Shown here one piece after another: positions 38,805-52,255 of a stretch of DNA of 64,000 nt. The stretch covers positions 335,916,001 to 335,980,000 of the forward strand of contig OZ024742.1 of NCBI GenBank assembly GCA_964016885.1. Reading direction: 5' to 3'. Origin of the DNA: Eledone cirrhosa. Lineage: Eukaryota. A program made the position numbers and the translations under genes. The first letter of the stretch is position 1, and each line of letters starts with the position of its first letter. Below the pieces are notes generated by a model. The model saw only the letters and a program-made list of their open reading frames with translations, was not told the DNA's origin and searched no databases.

Positions 38805-40924
38805 ATGGATAAATACCCTTTGAATTACTCTATCAAGAATATCCCAACACCTTCTAACACTTTCTACACGAAAATGCTGATAGACAAAGTAGAGAAGGTT
38901 GTTAAAAGAATGAGATGGAAAGTTTTGATTCTCGATGGACACTTTAACACAGATTCTACGGAACATTTTGACATCAAAACTCATAAATACCCGCAAAGAG
39001 TAAAAGATATGACCGCTTTTGAAATAGACTTAGTTAATCTAATCAACAATATCAATTTTCGTAAGTACTCTAACCCTTTTCAATCTAAACTATCTAATGA
39101 CATTTCAATATTCAAATCTTCTAAAAATAAGTTCATTTTCTCCGACAAAACTAAAAACCTATACGAAGTTAATAATAATTTACACGACCAACTATTAATA
39201 GATAATATCACCTCTAAATACCAAATAGCTAATATAAACACGTATCATAATATAAATAAGGAAGCTAAAGAATTAGCTGTTTCTTTAAAAATAGATAATA
39301 GGACAGAAAAACTTGCTAAACGTAATGCATATATCACCCTTAAAGATCACAAACCTGACTTTATTAATCGTCCTAGTTGTAGATTAATCAACCCTGCTAA
39401 GACTGATATCGGTCTTGCCAGCAAAAAAATTTTAAATAATATAAACACACACATTAGAAGTAAGTCTAAATTACTCCAATGGATAAATAGCTCTTCCGTA
39501 GTACATTGGTTTAATAAAATTAAAGATAAAAATAGTTCTAGATTCACCCAATTTGACATTGTAGATTTCTACCCATCTATCACTCAGACTCTTTTAGAGA
39601 AAGCTTTAAATTTCGCTAGAAAGTTTACCAATATCTCTGATATTGAAGAGAATGTCATCTTGCACGCTAGAAACACTCTACTCTTTACTGATAATGACAC
39701 TTGGGTAAAAATATCTAACCCAGAGAGCCCATTCGATGTCTCAATGGGCTCTTTTGATAGTGCTGATGTTTGTGATTTAGTCGGCCTATTCCTACACACT
39801 TAAAGAAAAATTCCCTAACCATATTTTTGGGCTTTATCGCGACGATGGCCTAATACTTTCCCATACCACCATAGGCCATAACTTAGATAGATTAAGGAAA
39901 GACTTAATAAAAACCTTTGCTAGTTTTAATCTTAAAATTACTATTGACACTAACCTTTCTAATGTAAATTTCCTAGATATAAACATAGATTTGCCCACTG
40001 CTTCTTATAAACCATACCATAAACCTAATGAAAATTTAAAATATATAAATAAAGGCTCTTGCCATCCTCCTATAGTTTTTAAAAACCTTATCCCTAATAT
40101 TAGCCGTAGGATCTCCACCCTCTCTTCCTCAGAAGCTATTTTCAATAAGGCATCCCCCTACTATAATAAAGCCCTGCGAAATAGCCGATTTAGCGAACCG
40201 ATTAAATACATACCCAAATATACTAACTCTTTTAAACATAAAAATAGGAAAAGAAAAATAATCTAGTTCACCACCCCCTACTCTCTAGCAGTTAAAACTA
40301 ACGTAGGCAAAAAATTCATAGAGCTCTTAGATAAACATTTCCCTAGAACACATAGATACTATAAGATCTTTAATAGAAACTGTGTCAAAATTAGCTACTC
40401 CTGCGGTCCCCCTATTAAATCTTATATCATCAACAAAAAATCACCTAGAGAACATCAAAATTGCTCCTGTAGAGTCAAAAGTGAATGCCCATTACAAGGT
40501 AAATGCAACACCAAAGCCATTGTATATGCGGCTAAAGTGACAACCATCAGCAACAACCAACCAGCCACCAGTGAACGATATGTGGGTATGACACAAGACA
40601 AGTTCAAAACGCGTTATTACTCACATGTCGCATCCTTTCGACACCCATCCTTTCGACGCTAGCAGAATATGGGATTTGAAAGACCAAGGTATCCAATATA
40701 AATTGGATTGGTCAATTTTGAACCAATCTAAAGAATATGCAAGAGGAACAAGAAAATGCATACTCTGCATAAATGAAAAATATTGGATTTTACAAAACCT
40801 TAAATCACCAAAAACCTGCCTAAATACAAAGACAGAAATTTTTACCAGTTGCCCACACATGAAATCACACTTGCTTTCCAGCTCATATAAACTTAACACA
40901 CTTTCAGATACTTATCCTCCATAA
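38805..40924 (+). pseudogene. Penelope RT + GIY-YIG endonuclease, disrupted
   Basis: YSIKNIP, KRMRWK, TLKDHK, CRLINPAK, FDIVDFYPSI, DVSMGSFDSA, GLYRDDGL, CSCRVKSECPLQGKC, IVY..YVG, CILCINEK; frameshifts near 39800 and 40645, stop at 40266. Confidence 0.92.
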
Positions 40925-41467
40925 GCTCTTATTCTTCACTTAAATTATTCTCTTTAAAGACTACTCTTTCTGATTTACTTTCATTTTTAACCTTATTATT
41001 AATTTTAATTTAATTTTTATTTTTATTTTTACTTCACATCCACCAGTAACCCCCCCCCCCTTTATCCTTCGATTCACTTACCTAATATCTTCACTTTCCA
41101 CTTTTTACTTCCCTATTTTCTTTACTAGGTGTATTCACAAATCACTTGCGTTTTCCACTCCAGATATTTTCTGTTATTTCGCAGCCATTTTTATATTTTT
41201 ATATTTGTACTCATTTATTCATAAGGCTGCTTTTGATCGCCTTTATGTGTGTATACGTTCTGTATATGTACACGAACGCCTCCGTATGCGCGTGTGCGTG
41301 CGTGTATATATATGTGTATGTATGTGTGTTTTTATATCTGTGTTTTTATATCTATGTTTCTTACATTCTTATTTTTATGTGTGTGCGTGTAAGCGGGTCA
41401 ATGTCCGTGTATATGTTTCTGTGTATGTCTGTATATATGTATTGTATGTATGGATGTGTATGTGTGC

Positions 41468-41541
<74 letters not shown>

Positions 41542-42189
41542 TCGCGTACGTACGTGTGATTAGATATACATGGGACGATATGTATGTATATGTATACGTG
41601 CATCCTGTGTAAGTATGTACGCATGCATACGCTTTTGTCTGTACGTATTGCGTGTATATATATATTTTCTTATAGATATATGTTTTTTATAGATATATGT
41701 GTATGTACGCGTGTATCTCCTTTTCTTTCCTTTTCTTTTCTCTAGTGTTAATTGACTACTTTCTCTTTCATTTAAATATTTTTTCTCTCTCACATATTGT
41801 TTAATTTTTATACATATATCGAGAATGACACTTTCTTTTAACTATTACACTCCCTTCCCCCTTTATCTTCCGCATATAAGTATCTAATGCCTGCGTCTGG
41901 ATTCGTGTCAACTAGATTATATCCGTATTTGTGGTTACATATACACAAATATACTTGCCCTCATATATGTACTTACGCACACATTTTCACCATACACACG
42001 CATTTGTACATACATACATATGTACATTTGTGAGTGTATATACATACATATACACACACCTAACTATATTTCCTTATATTTTTTTTATATATTTTATATG
42101 TCTATTGCATTACCTTTATTTATATATATATATATTTTTTGCATTTCTTGAGGAGACTTTCCAAAAATTTTTCACTATGTTTTATATTG

Positions 42190-42259
42190 CCTTGTCCGAC
42201 GAACGAATGATGACGTTTCTTTCGTATTCGTCTTATTCGGGAAACCTCTGGTAATGAGG
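42190..42259 (+). ncRNA. Type I hammerhead motif in PLE1 3' pLTR, U4C variant
   Basis: CCUUGU-CCGACGA-aCGAAUGAuGACG...CGUCUUAUUCGg-GAAACC-ucu-GGUA^AUGAGG. Confidence 0.7.
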
Positions 42260-42360
42260 TAATTATATTGTATTGTTTATTATACATTAAATTTTGCTCT
42301 GGTACTTACATAGAGCACTCTTCACTCCTATGACTTTTTCAATTTTCAACGGAAACTTCA

Positions 42361-42402
<42 letters not shown>

Positions 42403-42666
42403 CAGGATGGATTCAGTTAGAAACTGGTTAGACCATTACGCACTAGAGTACTCGATACTTGGGGTAGTAGAGTATGGTTATATGAATGAGTCAGGACCCC
42501 GATGGCTGAGCTCCTGCCGTTTCGACAGATAAATCCAAACGTCGAAACGGCCGGACATCAGATGTCGGGGGCCTGACTCTTTTCCTATTACCCACTCTAC
42601 TATCCTAAGTATCGAATTTTCTGGTGCGTTATGGTCTACCTGGTATCTTACAACACTTTCTTGTGT

Positions 42667-42700
<34 letters not shown>

Positions 42701-42789
42701 TTTCTACTTTTGGTACAAGGCCAGCAATTACCCAGTGTATTACTGGTACTTTATTTTATCGACCCCGTAAGGATGAAAGGCAAAGTTAA

Positions 42790-43035
42790 TAATGAAAATA
42801 TTGTGTACAGTGCTCAGGTGCACTACAACTCATCAAAAGTGTATGTATAGTACGTAGGGTAATGTACAAACGTCAGGAAAATGAACAGTGCATGAGTCAT
42901 GATATACACATGTGTGCATGTGTATGGAAGGGGGACATTAGGTGTAGTTTTGGCGAATTTTAGGAAGCATGAGGGTTTTTAAGGATGCAGTGTCTCGACA
43001 GCTAACAACTGACGCGGCAGTTTGTTTCATGCTTG
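42790..43035 (-). mobile_element. 3' end of CR1-like LINE
   Basis: Minus strand resembles the (W)NKLP.SVV....SLK CR1 C-terminus, followed by a UTR and ATT tail. Confidence 0.6.
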
Positions 43036-43250
43036 TAAAAATTCATTGCAGTTTGTTACGACAGATATTTAGGGATTTCTTCATTTATTAGTCTGAATCT
43101 ATGAGTTTCATATTGCAGCTCCTGCTGTTCCTGAAGGTTACCTATTGACAGGTAAACACAATACCTGTCAGATGACATGGTGAATGTTGAAGGATGCGTA
43201 GTGTTAGTGATATATCTATCTATCTGTCTGTCTATATATCTATCTATGTC

Positions 43251-43320
<70 letters not shown>

Positions 43321-43518
43321 CATATATATATACACACATACATATATAAACACATATATATATGCAACAGGCTCACATATGTATAAATGTATATGTATAC
43401 TATATTTATGCTTAACATTTAGAGTATATATAGGAAATATTTGCATTATACATGTTTTCACCTTTAAATATCATACACTATCCGGCTTCCCTTTTTAGTT
43501 ATTTACATAATATTAGAC

Positions 43519-43561
<43 letters not shown>

Positions 43562-43729
43562 AACACAAACACACACATAAACACAAACACACACATATAC
43601 ATGTAAATATATATATGTATGTGTGTATGTGTGTATATACAAATATAAACATGCATATATTTATATACATATATACATAGGAGTTGGCATGTCTTTTGGC
43701 AGCCACGTGGTTTCGGGTTTAGTTTTAAG

Positions 43730-43930
43730 GCATGGCGAATTGGTTATTGGTTAGTGTTCGGCTCACGATCGTAAGGTTCTGAGTTTGATTCCCGGCGGGG
43801 CATTGTGTCCTTGAGTAAGATGTTTTGTTTCACGTCACTCCAGTCCATTCAGCTGGACTAAATGAATTCTACTGGCCTTATCACACACTGTGTTAAATTG
43901 AATCTCCCTGAGAATTACATCTGTCGAATG
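43730..43930 (+). mobile_element. tRNA-derived SINE, family 2 (second copy at 54985-55105)
   Basis: TGGTTAG A-box, GAGTT(T/C)GATTCC B-box, TGTCCTTGAG(C/T)AAGA core. Confidence 0.75.
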
Positions 43931-44283
43931 CTCAGTTTCCAGCAAACAATTAGATCATACGTCGTCGGACCGACAGAGGTCTAACAGAACACAATGGGAT
44001 GGACCTCCGTCGGTTTCGACGATGGGTGTTCCATAACATAATATTTATACACGAATATATTTAGGTCCATGGTTCTCTTGCAACAAAAAGACATATTGTA
44101 CGCTGCAAAAATATCAGTTAATTTGGTAACATGTTTGCTAGTTGACCCGTTAATCAAATTTTACCTCAATATCTGTTATTATCAATCCATCACCCTTGAC
44201 TGGTACCATTCTCCTTCCTTACAAAATTAATTGCTAATCCAGAAACTAATATACTCGGACATATATAATTTGCATAATAATAA

Positions 44284-45018
44284 TTGTTTCTACTTTTGGC
44301 ACAAGGCCAGCAAATACCCAGTGCATTGCTGGTACTTTATTTTATCGACCCCGTAAGGATGAAAGGTAAAACTAACCTTGGTGGGATTTCAATTCAGAAC
44401 GCAATGCAAGTGTTACCGATACTGCCAATCCACCGCCATTTCCATAATAATAGTTACAAATTTAGGCACAAAACCAACAATTTTTCGGACAACATTTTTT
44501 ACGGCATTTAGTTCTGGACCTTTACGTTCTCAGTTGAAATCTCACCGATGTCATCTCTGTCTTTCATCCTTCCGGGGTCGTTAAAATAAAGTACTGGGGT
44601 CCCAGTATCGGTAGAGGGTCGGACACCATGCTTTGCAGCATAGAGTTACAACCCTTTACGGTTTCAGTTCAAATCCCGCCGAGGTTAACTTAGCCTTTTA
44701 CCCTTACAGGGTCGATAACATAAAGTACCAGTAATGCACTGGATAATTGCTGGCCTTGTGCCAAAAGTAGAAACAATTATTACAGAGGGCGGTGGATTGG
44801 CAGAATTGGTAGAGTGTCGGACACCATGCTTTACAGCATAGAGTTATGGCCCCTTACATTTTGAGTTCAAATCCTGCCGAGGTCAACTTTGCCTTTCATC
44901 CTTGCGGGGTCGATGAAATAAAGTACCAGTAATGCAATGGGGTCGATTTAATCGACCTACCCCCCCCCCCCCCTAAAAAAAATTGCTGACCTTGTGCCTA
45001 TATAAGAAACCATTATTA
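44284..45018. mobile_element. Cluster of four family-1 SINE copies (one minus, three plus)
   Basis: Repeated GTTCAAATCC.GCCGAGGT.AACTT.GCCTTT core and CTTGTGCC..AAGTAGAAAC end. Confidence 0.85.
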
Positions 45019-45243
45019 ACATCATTCACAACTATGAATATGAATCCATTTGATATAAAATATGTCTATTCAGTCTATATGAAATATAGATGGATTATTT
45101 TATTTATCAAATTGTAAAAATGTGAGCAAGGCAAACATTTCAGGCACGCCACAAGTGCTAGCTGGAAGTGAGTGGGGCTTATCAGGTACGACAAACACGC
45201 ACAGGTGTAATATCTATCAACCGATCTATCTATCTATCTATCC

Positions 45244-45276
<33 letters not shown>

Positions 45277-45346
45277 TATATATATGTATAAATAGAAAGA
45301 GAGAGAGAGAGGGTGAAAGATATGTATATATATATATAGAGAGAGA

Positions 45347-45377
<31 letters not shown>

Positions 45378-45381
45378 TGAA

Positions 45382-45424
<43 letters not shown>

Positions 45425-45533
45425 GTAATAATAATAAAATTGAAGACTAAAATCCAAAGAGGGCTCGATAAGGAAAATATATATCAAATATATAAGAACC
45501 GCAGAGCAAATATTTATTAAAATAACAGATTAA

Positions 45534-45584
45534 AGTTTAAGCAAAGAATCGCTGCTTTCACCCGTAACGGGATCTTCTGAAACT
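45534..45584 (-). ncRNA. Hammerhead motif in PLE2 3' pLTR, U4A variant
   Basis: AGUUU-CAGAAGA-uCCCGuuaCGGGu-GAAAGCAG-cgauucu-UUGCUU^AAACU. Confidence 0.65.
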
Positions 45585-46509
45585 AACAAAGTCAATCTGT
45601 AAACGCAGAACTGGATATTTCAAAAAACGTTGCAACCGGAGGAAGACAGGAAGACGATACTTTGGTTCGTGGTAACGTTCGCTGTCAAAGAACGGGAAAA
45701 AATGAATAATACGTCATTAATAGGAGCGGTGAAAAACAATTACGCGCAAAGACAGAACCACGTTTATGGTATAAAAGAGGTTGAAGACTAATGTTCTCTT
45801 AGGTGGTGCATAGAGACGTTCTCTGGCAATGAACGAAAAAACGAAGATAATAAGTCATATGTGGAGCGTGAAGAACAATAGCACGCAAAGACAAAACCAC
45901 GTAAATGGTATAGCAGAAGTCGTAGACTAAAATTCTAACTAGGAGACCTAATGAATCTCCGCTACAGAGTTAAGAACAAAGTAAATAAATACGATACAGA
46001 AGTAATAGAAACAAATAAATACATACACGCAAACAGATACGTACATACACAAGCATACGCAAAACCTTACCATAGGTATACAAAACCACGCACATATAAA
46101 TATGTGTGTGTGTGTATGCTTGTGTACAAATAAATAATAATTATATAAACGTATATAAGTAAATAAATACGTATATAACAAGCGCACACACATACCTACA
46201 AATAAATACACGGATGTTCGGAGACGTAAGTCAACTAAAACAAGAAGTACACATATACACACCCACCATACGTACGAACCTGCATACTCACGCAGACGCA
46301 AAACTCCCGTATACACATAGCCAAACCCTAAATACCAGAATATGTAAAAATTATACGCCATAACAGTCAAATATACGTACGAGAAGGTATACATACCTTC
46401 ACAAAACGTACGGGTAATATATACTTACCTATGCAAATAAGTAAAGGAATAAACAAAACATATACTTAGCTCCCACATCAAGACGTAAAATATCCACGTA
46501 TAGATCGTG

Positions 46510-48639
46510 CTATCCGTTAGGGTATAACGTGGGGCTGTAATACAGGAAAGTTTTGTGCAATTTATGTTTACAAGCCGAAATTGCCTCAGATTTTTTGTTT
46601 AAGATGTGGTCTGTGGCGTAGAGTATTTCCAGGGCCTCAGTGGCGCAGAGGTCACATGGTCTTTTATTTCCGTAATACGATCTAGCCCTAGCTAGGATCT
46701 CCCAGTTTAACTTATATTGGGTGTGGTTGTCTTTTAGACTCCAGATATAAGCTGAAAGTGACGTCATATTCCTTCTGAGAGGGTAACGAAAAGAATGGGT
46801 ATGCATGTAAAGACGCTGCTTGAAACTATTGGCGGTTAACCCTATGTAGGCCCTACGGGACGTGGGTGTTACAACCTTACATTTGTAGACAATGTTACTA
46901 GAGAGGCATTTCCCGGATAGGGGGTAATCAGCCCGATTCCTACAATTACAGTTAGTACTAACTACAGGGTTGCACGTGTTCCTACGGCTAGGTAGTTTAG
47001 CTAAATTTGAAGCTGTGATGTTATGTGCAATGTTAGGAGTCGTAGAGTAAGAACTTTTAATAGTATTTCTATTAAAAATTTTACTATATTTATGTGTAGG
47101 GGGAAAATGCTTCGTAATAAGGGAAAGAAAGATCTTAGCTAATGGTGTGGCCACCTCCATATTATATGGTGGGTTAAACCAACAAATGCGACGGGATCTA
47201 TTTCTTCTAGGTCTATTTTCGTACTCTGTATATGCTACCTTATCGACAAATCCACTTCGGGCAAGTGCTTCATTGTAATAAGTGGAATGGTCGTTGAAAA
47301 TGCGCTCGTTGGTGGAAAGACGGGAAAGCCTCAACGAAACGTTTTTTACCAGGTTCTTGGTTATGCTGGCAGGATGGTTGGAATGCTTACTTATGTAATT
47401 AAGCGTATCATTCGGCTTTCTATACGGGTAATACAACCCATTCAATAAATTGAGGGTAACGTCGAGGTAATTAACGACCGAGAGATTGGCCTCAACCTGT
47501 ATACAGAGGTTGAAGCCTTTAAAGAAGGCTGTGAGTTCTTTTCTGAACCTGTCGCAAGCACGTGGGCCGCACTTAGTCATGGTCAAAAGACCATCGTCAC
47601 GGTACAAACCACCGCCCGCGTTGGGGAATTCGTCCTTGATAGAGAAAAGAAGAAAAAGGCCAATAAGATCAGTAACCTCCGCAGAGTCACAGGTGCCCAT
47701 ACTCACGTCGAATGGGGTACTATTGGATTTTTTAATCCAAATAGAGTCGTCAAAATTAATCACCGACTTTCGGGCATTAAGGATGACATCAACTTCGAAA
47801 TCCTTAACCACTGTGAGTGTTTTAGCGAAATTGATAGCTCTAAGGAGAAGTGGTAAAGTGATGGAGGAGTAGTAATTGTTGATGTCGAATTGGATAAAAC
47901 GGCAATGTTCCTTGTTACATATGCCATTGAACTAATCAATCACCGCGAAAGAATTGTTCCACAGTGCGAGAGGGGCCAAACTTCTAATTTCAGGTATAAT
48001 TCTATCAAGAATCCTTTTACTTAGTCTACCTAAATCGGACTTCGTAGGGTTAATAAGCCGAATAGAGGGGTTGTTCGGAAAATTGGATTTGTGATCCTTC
48101 AGGGTAAAGTGGGGAGAGATAGGGTCCAGAGGTCCGGTCCGGTCCAGGATGTTGAGATCAGATGTGATTTTAAACCCAGCATCGTTGGTTTCATTGATGA
48201 CACACCGATTAGTTTTACGGTAATCCTTAGTTACAGAATTATGTAGTAGTTGATGGTAAGTACTGCGCTCCACTTGATATAGGTTGCCAGTTTTGTCGGA
48301 ATGGACGTGCACATCGTTAGAATCCTTAATAGAACGAATTCTATTCTTCAGGTCTTGCTGGAAGGAATTGTTCCTATTCCGAAATTTGATACTCCGAATG
48401 AGTTCCAAGACATCATTTTCGAAGGGTAGCAATGCTGGGTTCCACGGAGGGTTATTATAGGTTTTAAATCCAAATTTATCCTGTTTGTTGTCTGCTTTTC
48501 GCGGATTATCGAAATAAAAGGCACGCCAACGCAACCTTTTAATGAACGCGTCTGTTTTCTGTATCAGGAGTTTTAGGTATGTTTTCCTGCTTGGTACGGG
48601 TATGTTCTTTGTAGAAATATTCAGATGTTGTTTCTGCAT
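46510..48639 (-). pseudogene. Penelope RT + GIY-YIG ORF (about 709 codons) with a single in-frame stop
   Basis: 48639..47932 and the downstream frame to 46510 are co-linear (likely TGG>TAG); STKNIP, TLKDHK, GLYRDDGL, IVYKC..AYIG, CDLC. Confidence 0.92.
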
Positions 48640-48792
48640 GATGAATATAAGTCAGTAGAGTGCTCAACCAAAGGAGCCAAATAGTAATAATAATAAAATT
48701 GAAGACTAAAATCCAAAGAGGGCTCGATAAGGAAAATATATATCAAATATATAAGAACCGCAGAGCAAATATTTATTAAAATAACAGATTAA

Positions 48793-48843
48793 AGTTTAAG
48801 CAAAGAATCGCTGCTTTCACCCTTAACGGGATCTTCTGAAACT
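48793..48843 (-). ncRNA. Hammerhead motif in PLE2 5' pLTR, U4A variant
   Basis: Same as 45534-45584 with one substitution in stem II. Confidence 0.65.
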
Positions 48844-49076
48844 AACAAAGTCAATCTGTAAACGCAGAACTGGATATTTCAAAAAACGTTGCAACCTGAG
48901 AAAGACAGGAAGACGATACTTTGTTTCGTGGAAACGTTCGCTGGCAAAGAACGGGAAAAAACGAATAATACGTCATTAATAGGAGCGGTGAAAAACAATT
49001 ACGCGCAAAGACAGAACCACGTTTATGGTAGATTCTTTGCTTAAACTTTAATCTGTTATTTTAATAAATATATATA

Positions 49077-49114
<38 letters not shown>

Positions 49115-49267
49115 TAAGATATTCCGGGTTGAATCGGAGGTAACCACAGTAAGTAAGGTACTCAATACATAGCAGATTATAAAAGTTTTAATATAGATGA
49201 GATTCTACAGGACTAGAACTGTTTCATTCTTGAGAAATCATCAGTCCAGAAATAGCTGTCGAAACGG

Positions 49268-50150
49268 TATGTAGTTATGCAATAGATGTTTGGTGACGTG
49301 TGGACAACGTGTGAAAAAATCACAAAAGATTCACAAAAACGCTCCTTGAATCGGCCCACCACCATGCTCACATAGGATTTGACCTCCTGTGGTTCGTTTG
49401 GTCGGTTGGAAGTGACCACAGCTTCATAGATTACATCTGGTGTGTTGCATTGCTGTTGAAGGGGGAAAGCTTCAGGCTTACGGCAAGAGCACCCTGGTGG
49501 GGTGTTGCTCCTAGGGCTGCTGGTGATGTGGGCCTTCAAGGAGCATTTCCTGAACCACCAGTCTATCTTCAGATACCCGGACAGACGTTCATCCACGAAA
49601 CTCGCGAGCCACGTATAGTCCCTCAAGGACTCAAGTATAGGCTACTCCATTCAATGGAAAGCCATCACTAAGTTCAAGCCATACGCAAGGGGAAATCCGA
49701 CGTGTGGCTTATGTATTGACGAACGAATAACTATCCTAAAGAGATGACGCAATAGTGATTGCCTAAACACGAGAAGTGAATTTTTCACACGTTGTCCACA
49801 CGTCACCAAACATCTATTGCATAACTACAAGGCTCCGGACTGATTCTTTGTAATTTTATTTTTAATTTTTTTAAATTTTATTTTCAACCTAAAAACTTTC
49901 CGGACTTACACCTCACGCACGCAGTCTAGTATTGACTGTGTGAAGTGACCGAGTTTCTGCGCATGCGCATTCGTACGGTTGTCCTTCCTGTTCCTATAAC
50001 CATACACATCCCGAGCTGAAGATCCGCGAAGGTGAAACAATTGTTCTCGGTATGGTGAACTAACTGTTGTGTAACCACTTCTACCTAACTCGTCCCTTGG
50101 ACTGATTGCTCTACCACTACGGATATTACCTTCCAGTGTTCCATCACTAT
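49268..50150 (+). mobile_element. Truncated, partly inverted Penelope element (GIY-YIG remnant + pLTR)
   Basis: Minus 49340-49560: CSCRKPEAFPLQQQC..VIYEA..SYV; plus 49620-49830: YSIQWK..CGLCIDE..CLNTRSE..CPH; 49270-49324 inverts 49776-49828. Confidence 0.8.
50011..50050 (+). ncRNA. Minimal type I hammerhead ribozyme
   Basis: CCGAG-CUGAAGA-uCCgcgaaGGu-GAAAC-AAUU-GUU^CUCGG. Confidence 0.75.
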
Positions 50151-50786
50151 ATATATATATAAAGAGAGAGAGAGAAAGAGAGAGGGGGTGGCCTGTCCGA
50201 ATCGTCAGTATGCACACTTTACGAACCTACGAATTGTATATAGGACATCGTGTTCACTCTGTGAGTCAGCTACGAAAATCGGGGGGGGGGGGCGGATTTG
50301 GGTCATTTTAGTTGTAGTGATTAGTTTAATTCCTTACACTCTTAAATAGTCAGAAAACTTCGATATGCGATAAACATAACATGTACATAAATTGTAGGGC
50401 ATATCCAAATAGATGTGTGTTTTGGTAGTTTGGGGAGAAAAATATAATTATTGGGGGTGGGGCAGACCGCCCCTTTCCCTCTCGTACCACCGCCCCTGAA
50501 TAATGAAGATGCGGTGGTGACAATATAGAGGTAGATAGGTTTGTTGGGAGTGGAGACAATTACAATAGTGAAAAATGTAATGTTTGCGGTGACGTAATTA
50601 CTACAGGGTGCTGGAAGGTTCGTCAGTGGGTAGAAGTCGTGGTGGGGTCATGGAAAGTGTTGTTGCTGTTGTTGTGTTGAATGTGGGATGACATTAGTAT
50701 GGGTGAGTGGCGGTGTTAGAAGTGTGTGGTATTGGTGAGATGTGATACTGATGTTTGTGTGGTGTGGGTGAGTGGTGATGGACAGA

Positions 50787-50835
<49 letters not shown>

Positions 50836-51147
50836 ACAAAGGAATTGTGGTAATGAACCAGTACTCAATACTTAGGGTAGTAGAGTAAAGTATGACCCCG
50901 TCCGGGTCATACTTTTTCCTATATATATATATATATAAATTTTTTTTTTTTTTAAAATAAGACTCCAGTTGCATTTTCGATTTCATCTTTTTTTCTATAT
51001 ATATATATATATATGTAGAAGTTCTATTTAAATTGTTGGGATACAACAAGCAAATATTTTTATAACTGATATAAAGCACTCAACAAATTATTGGAGTAAA
51101 AATACGATATATTAACAAATGGAAACTATATTTATAAAACCATATTT

Positions 51148-51210
51148 ATTTCATTATACATATTTCAAGGACACCAAGTTAAATTATGGTGTGCTTTCAT
51201 CAGATAAAAT
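51148..51210 (-). ncRNA. Type I hammerhead motif (left arm)
   Basis: Reverse complement of 51832-51894. Confidence 0.7.
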
Positions 51211-51831
51211 ATAATATAGATCAGTTTTATAAATAAATATTGACATACCCTTAAAGAATGCGACAATTTCTGTTGGAAGCTCCCGGATAGTGGGGTTATT
51301 AAATTTATTTAGTCTATTATGCAAATTAGTGTCGGATATGTTTAAATCACAGTAGAATTAAAATAAGCCGTTGAAGTATGGAAAAAAGGGGAAAGAAAAA
51401 GAGAAAAAGAAAGAGAAAAAAAAGAGAAAGCAAAAGAGAAAAAGAAAGAGAAAAAAAAGAGAAAAAAGAGAAAAAAAGAGAAAAAAGAGAAAAAGAGAAA
51501 AAAAGAGAAAAAAGAGCAACTGTTTACTTATTTTCCTCTTAGAGTTTGCTCTTTTTTCTCTTTTTTTCTCTTTTTTTCTCTTTTTCTGTTTTTCTCTTTT
51601 TTTCTCTTTTTTTCTTCTCTTTTTTCTCTTTTTTTTTTCTCTTTTTCTTTCCCCTTTTTTCCATACTTCAACGGCTTATTTTAAATCTACTGTGATTTAA
51701 GCATATCCGACACGGATTTGCATAATAGACTAAATAAATTTAATAACCCCACTATCCGGGAGCTTCTAACAGAAACGGTCGCATTCTTTAAGGGTATGTC
51801 AATATTTATTTATAAAACTGATCTATATTAT

Positions 51832-51894
51832 ATTTTATCTGATGAAAGCACACCATAATTTAACTTGGTGTCCTTGAAATATGTATAATGAAAT
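51832..51894 (+). ncRNA. Type I hammerhead motif (right arm)
   Basis: AUUUUAU-CUGAUGA-AAGcACACCA..UGGUGUcCUU-GAAAUAUGUAUA^AUGAAAU. Confidence 0.7.
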
Positions 51895-51937
51895 AAATAT
51901 GGTTTTATAAATATAGTTTCCATTTGTTAATATATCG

Positions 51938-51969
<32 letters not shown>

Positions 51970-52010
51970 AAGTAGAATGAAAATGTTATTTCTCGCCCTA
52001 GCATAGTTAC

Positions 52011-52069
<59 letters not shown>

Positions 52070-52111
52070 GCCGTCGAAACGGCTTGAGCTCAGCCGTCGG
52101 GGTCTTACTGG

Positions 52112-52255
<144 letters not shown>

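Larger units (their letters stand above)
38307..42360 (+). mobile_element. Penelope-like element (PLE1) with 5' inverted pLTR piece and partial tandem duplication
   Basis: 38307-38371 is the reverse complement of 42225-42288; 38369-38794 duplicates 40221-40645; RT and GIY-YIG ORF; long microsatellite-rich 3' region. Confidence 0.9.
45422..49070 (-). mobile_element. Penelope-like element (PLE2) with direct pLTRs and a short 5' inverted piece
   Basis: 45422-45771 repeats at 48682-49030; 49031-49070 is an inverted pLTR piece; ORF lies between the repeats. Confidence 0.93.
51102..51940. repeat. About 840-bp fold-back with roughly 400-bp arms, inner AAAAGAG/CTCTTTT tracts and a short loop
   Basis: Arms 51102-51519 and 51546-51940 are near-perfect reverse complements. 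Confidence 0.9.

Noticed and set aside
43070-43185. Possible host exon ([13 protein letters not shown] on plus; [15 protein letters not shown] on minus)
   Set aside because: Short, with ambiguous splice sites and no supporting neighbouring exons; needs RNA-seq
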